A stretch of 64,000 nucleotides of DNA, taken from positions 168,124 through 232,123 of the forward strand of contig CAVSGP010000006.1 in assembly GCA_963727505.1 (NCBI GenBank). Reading direction: 5' to 3'. The DNA is from an uncultured Trueperaceae bacterium. Lineage in GTDB: Bacteria > Deinococcota > Deinococci > Deinococcales > Trueperaceae. Positions 1 to 7,827 of the stretch are shown in pieces. Position numbers and translations under genes: made by a program. The notes under the pieces were generated by a model. The model saw nothing but the letters and a program-made list of their open reading frames with translations. It was not told the DNA's origin and made no database searches. How positions within the stretch are numbered: the first letter of the stretch is position 1; the number at the start of each line of letters is the position of its first letter.

Positions 1-57
1 GCCGGCTTGAGGTCGGCCGGCGTTCGGGAGGTTGCGGGCACCGTTCCTGACAATGGA

Positions 58-84
58 GCGGGCCGGCCACGAGGGCCGGCCCGC
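58..84 (-). terminator. GC-rich hairpin downstream of the NHL lipoprotein gene
   Basis: GCGGGCCGGCC-ACGAG-GGCCGGCCCGC is a perfect 11-bp stem ~20 nt after the stop; no clear U-tract. Confidence 0.5.
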
Positions 85-105
85 AAGCACGAGCGCGCGT
101 GTGGC

Positions 106-1563
106 TCAGGGTTTGAAGACGAGGTAGCGGTAGTTGGTTTCGTCGGCGACGATCAACGCCTGGTCGGTCAGGAGGAACCCTGCCGGGTAGTAGAGCGTGC
201 GCGCGGTGGGGGTGCCGGCCGTGTTTGTCTGGCCGTCGTCGTTCTCGGTGACGTGCGTGAAGTCACTCTGGCCGAGCACGTGAGCGGCGCTGGCGCCGTT
301 CGTCGTGGGGATGCCGTCGAAGATCAGCACGCGGTTGTTGTCCGCATCGGCGACGAAGAGCTGGTTGCCGTTGCTCGCGAGGAAGTATGGAGTGTACATC
401 CCGGCTGCGCCGGCAGCGGAAGCGTTGCTGGTCATGTCGGGCTGACCCACGACCACGTCGGCGGGCTGGGAGTTGCTGGTGGGGAAGGTGTTCCAGATCA
501 GGACCCGGTTGTTGGCCTGATCAGCCACGATGAGGCGGGTGCCGTCCGACCAGACATCGCTCGGGTAGTCCAGCGTCGCGGCGGTGGCGTTGGTGCTATC
601 GCTGCCGGCGCCGGCGTTCGCGTAGCAGCTGGTGAAGCTGCTCTGACCGAGCACGAGGTCGGGGGTGGCGCCGTTGCTGGTGGGGATGCTGTTGTAGATG
701 AGCACCCGGTTGTTGTCGCTGTCGGCGACGATGAGCTTGCCGTTCACCGTGAAGATGCTCTCCGGGTCGTAGAGGCCCGTGGCGCTGCATGCGTTACCGC
801 TGTTGCCGAAGGCGGTCTGGCCGACGACGAGGTCCGCCGGCGCCTGGGTAGTGGTCGGCACCGTGTTCCAGATGAGCACGCGGTTGTTACTGTATTCGTC
901 CACGAGCAGTTTACCGCCCGCGCTCATCACGGTCTGTGCCCCGTCCATGCCATCGGCGGTCGAGCTGGTGGCGGACGAGGTCAGGTTGGCCTGGCCGAGC
1001 ACGAAGTCGGCACTGGCGCCGTTGCTGGTCGGGATGCCGCTCGAGAAGCCGAGCACCCGGTCGAAGCCATAGTCAGGGAGGTACAGCACGCCGTTGACGA
1101 GTGCCGGGTTGCCGTAGGGGTCCCCCACCGACGTCGCGGTCGCCGAGCCGGCTGCGGTGTTGGTGGACATGTCGGGTTGTCCGATGACCACCGAAGCGTT
1201 CTGGAAGTCGGTAAAGCTGAGGAAGGGGTAGACCAGGGTGAGCGTGATGGTCGAGGTACCGGCCCCCGAGGTGGCGGTGACCACGATGCTGTTGCTGCCG
1301 TCGGCCAGCGTGAGCGGTGCACTGAAGCTACTGCTGGTGTGGGTCGTGCCGCTGACGGCCGCGCCGTTGAGCTTCACGCTCACGGCCGTGGCGGGACCGC
1401 CGCTGAGGGTGCCGGCGAGCGTCAGGCTGCGGCTCCCGACGATGCGTTGGCCGTCGGTGTTGGATGTCACGCTGATGGACACTTTGCTCGACGTCGAACA
1501 GCCGGCCAAGACCAGGGCCAATCCGAGAAGGGAAGCGTAGGCGAGTAGTTTCGGTCGCATCAT
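106..1563 (-). CDS. Lipoprotein with an N-terminal Ig-like domain and NHL-type beta-propeller repeats
   Basis: Signal peptide with lipobox LAGC; Ser/Thr-rich Ig-like segment (LADGSNSIVVTAT); about six repeats of DxxNNRVLI and ADxVxGQxx(F/M/L). Start set at MMRPK, which follows a GGAGG RBS. Confidence 0.8.
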   Translation of the reverse strand: MMRPKLLAYASLLGLALVLAGCSTSSKVSISVTSNTDGQRIVGSRSLTLAGTLSGGPATAVSVKLNGAAVSGTTHTSSSFSAPLTLADGSNSIVVTATSGAGTSTITLTLVYPFLSFTDFQNASVVIGQPDMSTNTAAGSATATSVGDPYGNPALVNGVLYLPDYGFDRVLGFSSGIPTSNGASADFVLGQANLTSSATSSTADGMDGAQTVMSAGGKLLVDEYSNNRVLIWNTVPTTTQAPADLVVGQTAFGNSGNACSATGLYDPESIFTVNGKLIVADSDNNRVLIYNSIPTSNGATPDLVLGQSSFTSCYANAGAGSDSTNATAATLDYPSDVWSDGTRLIVADQANNRVLIWNTFPTSNSQPADVVVGQPDMTSNASAAGAAGMYTPYFLASNGNQLFVADADNNRVLIFDGIPTTNGASAAHVLGQSDFTHVTENDDGQTNTAGTPTARTLYYPAGFLLTDQALIVADETNYRYLVFKP

Positions 1564-1824
1564 ATGTTGCCTCCAGAACGCACGTTTTCGGCATGCTAGC
1601 ATCCTCGGGGGCGCGGCTCGAAGGATCGAGGAATCACTCCCTGCCGAAGTGCCTGAATTGTGAGTGTTCCCTCACTTCAAGATTCGACCCCCGGTGCGAC
1701 AGGGCGTCTCTAGATGAGCACTCTCCATGGATGTGCTGATCGAAGGAGCTCACCAGGCAGAGCCTCGAGCACATTGGGCCGCGCGTCGGGCGCCGCGACG
1801 GGTGCCGCGACACCCGCAGCGGCC

Positions 1825-3084
1825 TCAGTAGAGCAGTGCCAGCGCCGAGGGATCCTCCACCAGCTCCAGCAGCCGGTCGGCCCACGCCGCCGCCGCGCCG
1901 AGCTCGACGCGGGAACGGTCGAACGCCAGGCGCAGGGTCAGCGCGGTACGGACCTCCGGAGCGCCGTTGACGGCGAGGACGCGTTCGGCCAGCCTTCCAG
2001 CGACCAGGCTCACGACGCCCTCGTGCGGCGCGCTCTCGCCGGACAGCTCGGTGCGAGCGCGGGTGAGGTCGAGCAGCGAGAGCGCGGGAACGGATCCCGT
2101 CTCCGCCGGCCCGGCATCCCGCGCGGCAGCAGCCTCCCTTGCGCTCACGACGGCGGTCAGGCCGGCCGATGCGGCGTCTTCGAGGTGTGCGTCGCTCAGG
2201 GTGCCGTCTGCCACGCGGCGGTATCGCAGGCCGTGCGGGGTGCCTGCGTGGGTTTCGACCAGCGGGTTGCGCGCCCACACGGCGGCCAGGAACCGCGCCA
2301 GCAGGTCGCCGACGTCGACCCCCGCGGTTTCGCCCGCCCCGCCTGTCGGCGTCCGGCTTTGCGCCCAGGCCACGACGGCCAGCAGCGGCGCGGCGTCGAC
2401 CTCGCGGACGAACTCGGTCCAGCTTCCGGGTGCGCGCGGAACGCCGGCGGAGGTCGGGGAGGGGCGGATACCCCGCTCCGCCTCGCGCAGCACGTCGGCG
2501 GCCAGCACGGCGCCCTCCGGCCCGCTCCCCTCCAGCACGGTCACGTCCAGTCCGCGCTCCGACGCCAGACGCCGCGCCTTCGGGGACGCCGGGGTGAGGC
2601 GGTACGGGCCGGGGCGGTCGCTGGCGGCAGAGGGAGAAGTTCGTTGCGTGCCGGCCATCGCTGGGGTGCGGGTGGTGGTGGGCGCGCCCGTGGTGGGCGC
2701 CCCCGTGGTGGGCGCCCCCGTTCCGGGCTCCAGGGGGCCGTTGGCCCCCGGTCGCGGGGTCCCGGCCGGGGCCCGCTCGGGCGTGGCGGCGTCCGGTGTG
2801 GCGGCGTCCGGCTTTGGGGAGCGCGCGGAGGTATCCGCAGCCTCCCCTTCCGCGAGGATCACCGCGATGACGCTCCCCACCTTCACCTCGTCACCGGCGG
2901 CCGCGGTGACGCGCGCGAGCGTGCCGCTGGCGGGCGCGTCGAGCTCCATGGTGGCCTTGTCGGTCTCGACCTCCATGATGGGCTCGCCCTCGTGGACCTG
3001 CTCGCCCTCCTGCTTGAGCCAGTTGAGGAGTACGGCGGTGTCCTGGTTCATCCCCAGGACCGGCATGATGACGTCCTTGGCCAC
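1825..3084 (-). CDS. E2-like protein (lipoyl domain, E3/E1-binding domain, degenerate acyltransferase domain)
   Basis: Lipoyl motif VETDKAT; binding-domain motif ASPKARRLASERGLDV...GSGPEGAV; the C-terminal FDRSRVELG stands where DHRxxDG is expected. Confidence 0.85.
   Translation of the reverse strand: MAKDVIMPVLGMNQDTAVLLNWLKQEGEQVHEGEPIMEVETDKATMELDAPASGTLARVTAAAGDEVKVGSVIAVILAEGEAADTSARSPKPDAATPDAATPERAPAGTPRPGANGPLEPGTGAPTTGAPTTGAPTTTRTPAMAGTQRTSPSAASDRPGPYRLTPASPKARRLASERGLDVTVLEGSGPEGAVLAADVLREAERGIRPSPTSAGVPRAPGSWTEFVREVDAAPLLAVVAWAQSRTPTGGAGETAGVDVGDLLARFLAAVWARNPLVETHAGTPHGLRYRRVADGTLSDAHLEDAASAGLTAVVSAREAAAARDAGPAETGSVPALSLLDLTRARTELSGESAPHEGVVSLVAGRLAERVLAVNGAPEVRTALTLRLAFDRSRVELGAAAAWADRLLELVEDPSALALLY
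2675..2719. repeat. Three 15-bp tandem repeats in the E2 linker (TGAPT units)
   Basis: GTGGTGGGCGC(G/C)CCC x3. Confidence 0.8.
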
Positions 3085-3123
3085 GGCTCTCCTCTCGGGT
3101 CTAAGCGGGGCGCCTGGCGCGCA

Positions 3124-4506
3124 TCAGTGCTTGCCGTCCGGCCCGACGGCACCGGTGTCGGCGACGACCGGCGTGCCGGGCACGCCGGGCTTGCCTTCGG
3201 GGAAGATGCGGCCGTTGTTGTAGTTCGACTCGGTCTCCCGGATGCCGGGGAGGTCTCCGAGGGCGGTGTAGTACTTGGGCCCGGCGACCATGAGGTCCTC
3301 GGCGGGGAAGCGGCTGATGATCTCGCAGCCGTCCTTGGTCACCACCAGCTCCTCCTCGATGCGGGCGGCGGACCAGCCATCGCTGGCGGGCCAGAAGGTC
3401 TCGAGCGCGAACACCATGCCTTCTTCGATGACCTCGGGGTGGTCGAAGGAGAACAGGCGGCTGAAGATGGGCTTCTCCCAGATGTTGAGGCCGAGACCGT
3501 GGCCGTACTGCAGGGCGAAGGCGAGCTCTTCGTTGGGGAAGCCGAACTCCTGGGCCTTGGGCCAGATCGACACCACCTCGGCGGTGGTGACGCCGGGCTT
3601 GATGAGGCTGATGGCGTGGTCGAGCAGGTCGCGGCACTTGGCGTAGGCGTCGACCTGCGCCTGGCTGGCGCTGCCGACGGCGAAGGTGCGGTAGTAGCAG
3701 GTGCGGTAGCCCATGTAGCTCTGCAGGATGTCGAAGTAGGCGGGATCGCCGGGGCGCAGCATGCGGTCGGACGCCACGTGCGGGTGGGGGTTGCAGCGCT
3801 CGCCGCTGATGGCGTTGACGCCCTCGACCATCTCGCTTCCGTTCCGATACAGGAAGTCGCTGACGAGTCCGACCAGTTCGTTCTCGCGGACACCCGGGCG
3901 GAGGTGCTCGTAGAGATGGTCGTAGGCGGCGTCGACCATGCCCGCGGCGTGCGTGAGCAGGCTGATCTCGTCGACGGTCTTGATCTTGCGCGCCTCCAGC
4001 ATGAGCTGCTGACCGTCGATGACGGTGATGCCCGCCTTCTGCAGGGCGAACAGCACCGGCGGCTCGACGATGTCGATGGCGACGGGGTCGCCGGCGAGGC
4101 CGCGCTGGTCGAGCTCGTCCTTGATCCAGCGCGCCACCTTCTCGGCGCGGCCCATCTCGGGACTGATGGTGCCGCGCAGCATGGAGACGCCGGGGCGCGA
4201 GCGCTTCTCGCCGTCGAGCCACGGGGCGTAGAGCTGGTGGTGCTTGGCCGCCGAGCCGAAGTCCCACAGGATGGGTTCGTCGCCCTGCGGCAGCAGCGTG
4301 AAGCGCGCCACCTTGTCCTGCGCCCAGGTGCCGATGTGGGTGCTGGTGATGTAGCGGACGTTGTTCATGTCGAAGCACAGCAGCGCTCCGGCCTCGGACT
4401 CTGCCAGTACCTTCTTGATGCGTGCCAGTCGTTCCGTGCGGAGGCGCTCGAAGTTGATGCGCTCCTCCCAGTCGACCGCCATGACGCCGTGTGTGTGAAT
4501 GGCCAT
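3124..4506 (-). CDS. M24 (Xaa-Pro peptidase/creatinase fold) family protein
   Basis: Motifs ARKIKTVDEI, GYRTCYYRTF, YGHGLG, FALET and RIEEELVVT. Start MAIHTHG follows a GGAGG RBS. Confidence 0.88.
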   Translation of the reverse strand: MAIHTHGVMAVDWEERINFERLRTERLARIKKVLAESEAGALLCFDMNNVRYITSTHIGTWAQDKVARFTLLPQGDEPILWDFGSAAKHHQLYAPWLDGEKRSRPGVSMLRGTISPEMGRAEKVARWIKDELDQRGLAGDPVAIDIVEPPVLFALQKAGITVIDGQQLMLEARKIKTVDEISLLTHAAGMVDAAYDHLYEHLRPGVRENELVGLVSDFLYRNGSEMVEGVNAISGERCNPHPHVASDRMLRPGDPAYFDILQSYMGYRTCYYRTFAVGSASQAQVDAYAKCRDLLDHAISLIKPGVTTAEVVSIWPKAQEFGFPNEELAFALQYGHGLGLNIWEKPIFSRLFSFDHPEVIEEGMVFALETFWPASDGWSAARIEEELVVTKDGCEIISRFPAEDLMVAGPKYYTALGDLPGIRETESNYNNGRIFPEGKPGVPGTPVVADTGAVGPDGKH

Positions 4507-4552
4507 CAGGAATCCGCCTCCCTCGTAAGGGGTCTGTTGCGCTCCCGGCGAA

Positions 4553-5572
4553 TCAGCCGGGCAGGCACATCTCGCGCGCGAGCGCGGTGAGCTGCTTCGG
4601 GGTGGGGACGGTGACGTCCTCGAGGACGGGGGAGAAGGGCACGGGCACGTCCATCGCCCCGAGCCGGCGAACCGGCGCATCGAGGTAGTAGAACGCGCCG
4701 TCGGCGATGACGGCGGCGAGCTCGGCACTCGCGCCGTAGCTGCGGTGCCCTTCGTCGACCACCACGACCCGGCCTGTCTTGCGGGCCGAGTCGATGAGGG
4801 TGTCTGCGTCGAGCGGGGCGAGCGAGCGCGGGTCGACGACCTCGGCGGAGATGCCGTGGGCCTCGAGTTGTTCGGCCGCCTGCAGTGCGACCAGGACCAT
4901 GCTGCTGGTGGCAACGAAGGTGATGTCGGTGCCCTGGCGCTTGATGTCGGCCTGCCCGAGCGGGATGAAGACGTCACCCTCGGGGACGGGCCCCTTGTCC
5001 TGGAAGCTGAGCTTGTCCTCGATGATGACGACGGGGTTGTCGTCGCGGATGGCGGCCTTCATGAGGCCCTTGGCGTCGTAGGGCGTGGCGGGCAGCGCCA
5101 CCTTCAGGCCGGGGACGTGGCTCACCCAGGCGTGGAGGCTCTGGCTGTGCTGGGCGGCGCTGCGCCTGGTGGCGCCGAGGGTGGTCCGGAGGACCATCGG
5201 CACCTTGAGCTTGCCGCCGGACATGTAGTGGGTCTTGGCGGCCTGGTTCACGAGCTGATCCATCACCAGCGTCAGGAAGTCGCCGAACATGAGGTCGACC
5301 ACCGGGCGCATGCCGGTCATGGCGGCGCCGACGGCCAGGCCGGTGAAGCCGGCCTCGCTGATGGGGGTGTCGCGGACGCGTTCGGGACCGAACTCCTCGA
5401 CGAGCCCCGAGAGCACCTTGAAGGGGGTGCCGGCCTCGGCCACGTCTTCGCCCAGGATGAAGACGCTGGGGTCGCGGCGCATCTCCTCGGCGAGCGCCTC
5501 GTTCACGGCCTGGGAGAAGGTGATGGTGCGCGCCTGACTCTCCTCGGAGAGCGTTCGGCTAGGCGTAGACAT
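4553..5572 (-). CDS. 2-oxoacid/acetoin dehydrogenase E1 beta subunit
   Basis: GEDVA, DTPISEAGFTG, AAQHSQ and VVDPRSLAPLD motifs. Confidence 0.93.
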   Translation of the reverse strand: MSTPSRTLSEESQARTITFSQAVNEALAEEMRRDPSVFILGEDVAEAGTPFKVLSGLVEEFGPERVRDTPISEAGFTGLAVGAAMTGMRPVVDLMFGDFLTLVMDQLVNQAAKTHYMSGGKLKVPMVLRTTLGATRRSAAQHSQSLHAWVSHVPGLKVALPATPYDAKGLMKAAIRDDNPVVIIEDKLSFQDKGPVPEGDVFIPLGQADIKRQGTDITFVATSSMVLVALQAAEQLEAHGISAEVVDPRSLAPLDADTLIDSARKTGRVVVVDEGHRSYGASAELAAVIADGAFYYLDAPVRRLGAMDVPVPFSPVLEDVTVPTPKQLTALAREMCLPG

Positions 5573-6599
5573 GCAGCGTGACCTCGCTCTCGTCGGGGTA
5601 GGGGGCGTCGAGTCCGAACGACACCGCTTCGTCGGCTTCGGCGCGGACCTCGGTCTCCACCGTTTCGAGCTCCGCGGCGGTGGCGATCCCCTGCTCCTGC
5701 AGCCAGGTGGCGTACAGGGTGAGGGGGTCGCGTTCGCTCTTCCAGTGCGACTCCTCGTCCTTGGAGCGGTAGTAGTCGCGCTGGATGTCGCCGACGTGGT
5801 GCCCGTAGTAGCGGTAGGTGTGCGCCAGCAGGAACGAGGGTCCGTCGCCTTTGCGGGCGCGCTCGACCAGCTCGTGGGCCACGGTGCTCACGGCGGTGAC
5901 GTCCTGGCCGTCGACTTCGGCGGTGTGGATGCCGAAGGCGCGCGGCCGGTCGAGGATGGCGCCGGCGGTGGTCTCCTCGAAGTGGGTGTATTCGTTGTAG
6001 AGGTTGTTCTCGCAGACGTAGATGACGGGGAGCTTCCAGAGCTGTGCCATGTTCATGACCTCGTAGAGCAGGCCCTGGCCGAGCGCGCCCTCCCCGAAGA
6101 AGCACACCGCCACCCGGTCGGTGCCCTGCAACCTGGCCGACAGCGCCGCGCCGGTGGCGATGCCTGCCGAGCCGCCGACGATGGCGTTGGCGCCGAGGTT
6201 GCCGTTCTCCTGGTCGGCGATGTGCATGCTGCCGCCCTTGCCGCGGTTGTAGCCGGCGGCCTTGCCCAGCAGCTCGGCGAACATCAGGTCGAGCCGGGCG
6301 CCCTTGGCGATGCAGTGGCCGTGACCGCGGTGGGTGCTGGTGATGTAGTCCTCGCGGGTCAGGGCGTCGCATACGCCGACGGCGACGGCCTCCTCGCCGG
6401 CATACATGTGCGTGAGGCCGGGCATCTTGGCGGTGAGGTAGAGGTCGTTGGCGTGCTCCTCGAACACGCGGATGCGCATCATCTGGCGGTAGGTGAAGAG
6501 GTGGCGCGGGGGGTCGGCATCGGCGGATACTCCGGCCCCCGGTGCCTTCCCGCCCGCCTTGGGATTCGTCGGCTTGTTCGCTGTGGATCGACCCGTCAC
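5559..6599 (-). CDS. ThDP-dependent dehydrogenase E1 alpha subunit
   Basis: HMYAGEEAVAVG, STHRGHGH, GKGGSMH, ThDP motif FFGEGA...ENN, TYRYYGH. GTG start follows an AAGGAG RBS. Confidence 0.92.
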   Translation of the reverse strand: MTGRSTANKPTNPKAGGKAPGAGVSADADPPRHLFTYRQMMRIRVFEEHANDLYLTAKMPGLTHMYAGEEAVAVGVCDALTREDYITSTHRGHGHCIAKGARLDLMFAELLGKAAGYNRGKGGSMHIADQENGNLGANAIVGGSAGIATGAALSARLQGTDRVAVCFFGEGALGQGLLYEVMNMAQLWKLPVIYVCENNLYNEYTHFEETTAGAILDRPRAFGIHTAEVDGQDVTAVSTVAHELVERARKGDGPSFLLAHTYRYYGHHVGDIQRDYYRSKDEESHWKSERDPLTLYATWLQEQGIATAAELETVETEVRAEADEAVSFGLDAPYPDESEVTLHVYA

Positions 6600-6651
6600 G
6601 CAGTGCTCCTTCCCCGTGGAGCGGTACCCGGTCGGGGCCGCGGTTGGCGGC

Positions 6652-7401
6652 TCAGGCGGCGTCACCGTCCAGCTCGTCTTCGCGATCGTCGGCTTTCCGT
6701 TTCGTCTTCTCGAGCGCCAGCCGGCTGTCCTCGCGCACCTGTGCGAGGTGGGCCAGCATCGCGCTCCTGGCGGCGTCCGCGTCCCCGGCCTCGATGGCGA
6801 CGAGGAGGGTGCGGTGGTGGCGCTGGCCGCGCATCGGGCCTCCGCTCACCTGGAAGATGTGCCCACGCAGCTCCTGCAGAAGGTCCACCACCGAATCGAG
6901 CAGGCGGGGGACGAAGTGGTTCTGGGTAGCGACGGCGAGCGCGATGTGGAAGCGGTTGTCCGCCTCGATGAAGGTCTTGGCGTCGTCCAGCGCGTCGTCC
7001 ATGTCGTGGACGGCGGCGCGCAGGACCTCGAGATCGGCAGCGGTCCGGCGGAGCGCGGCGCGGGCGGCGATCTCGGGCTCGAGCAGCTCCCGAACTTCGA
7101 CCATCTCCTCGGCCCGTTCCTCGGACGCGAACCCCATCATGAGCCGCAGCGACTGCTTCAGCGCGTTGACGGTGCCGTCGACGACGAACGTGCCCTGGCC
7201 GCGGCGTACCTCGACCAGGCCGTTCTGGATGAGCGTCTTCATGGCCTCGCGGATGACGGTCCGGCTGACGCCGTAGCGCTCCCCCAGGCTACGCTCGTTG
7301 GGCAGCTGGTCCCCACTGGTCAACTCGCCAGAGAGGATCAATTGGCGAATCCTCTCCACGACCTGTTCGTAGAGCTTGCGGTGTTGAAGCACATCCGTCA
7401 T
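6652..7401 (-). CDS. FadR/GntR family transcriptional regulator (FCD domain)
   Basis: GDQLPNERSLGERYGVSRTVIREA winged-HTH; GQGTFV; DNRFH in the FCD domain. Confidence 0.95.
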   Translation of the reverse strand: MTDVLQHRKLYEQVVERIRQLILSGELTSGDQLPNERSLGERYGVSRTVIREAMKTLIQNGLVEVRRGQGTFVVDGTVNALKQSLRLMMGFASEERAEEMVEVRELLEPEIAARAALRRTAADLEVLRAAVHDMDDALDDAKTFIEADNRFHIALAVATQNHFVPRLLDSVVDLLQELRGHIFQVSGGPMRGQRHHRTLLVAIEAGDADAARSAMLAHLAQVREDSRLALEKTKRKADDREDELDGDAA

Positions 7402-7445
7402 ATTGTAAACCCATGCATAAGATGCAATCTCTTGCAGGAGGTATG

Positions 7446-7458
7446 GTGGTAATACCTC
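7446..7458. promoter_or_regulatory. Putative FadR-family operator
   Basis: GTGGTAATACCTC, a near match to the GTGGT-N3-ACCAC palindrome. Confidence 0.7.
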
Positions 7459-7685
7459 TTTTGGAATGGTGCGAACCTAGCACGCCTCCGAGCGCTCTGT
7501 CAAGAATTTTCGAGGGCTCGAGGGGTTTGACACACCCCCTCTGTTGTGCTAACGTTGGCCGCGTCCACAACTTGATTCTGTAGGTCTTGCGATTCCTTGC
7601 GAGCCGAGCCGATCCCCCGCCGAGGAGCGGGGCGCCGGCGCAACCAAAGGGGTGGTCCAGGCGCCCGAAGCGATTCTTACCGTCC

Positions 7686-7700
7686 GGTGGTATGACCACC
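7686..7700. promoter_or_regulatory. Putative FadR-family operator
   Basis: Perfect palindrome GGTGGT-ATG-ACCACC; the TGGT-N3-ACCA core is typical of FadR-subfamily (PdhR/LldR) sites. Confidence 0.8.
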
Positions 7701-7827
7701 ACACCACTAATAGTTATCGAGCGCGTGTTCGCGTGTCCGGAGGGGCAGGGGCCACCGCTCGCGCCGTCGCACGGGCAAGCGAGTGCGCGTGCCGCATGGT
7801 CTCGCACCGCGTGGAGGAGAACCTGAC

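Larger units (their letters stand above)
7412..7720. promoter_or_regulatory. Divergent promoter/operator cassette, copy 1
   Basis: Rightward TTGACA(7527-7532)-17-TAACGT with extended TG; leftward TTGACA(7503-7498)-18-TAGGTT with extended TG; FadR-like operators at 7446-7458 and 7686-7700; homologous to 24397-24703. Confidence 0.8.

Noticed and set aside
7..4590. Long antisense and alternate-frame ORFs (7-1548, 1714-4590 and many similar ones across the window)
   Set aside because: They are shadows of high-GC codon usage opposite real genes; Arg/Gly/Ala-rich with no motifs.
4553..6599. Assigning pdhA/pdhB or acoA/acoB
   Set aside because: The defective E2, missing E3 and GEG motif leave the substrate undetermined.
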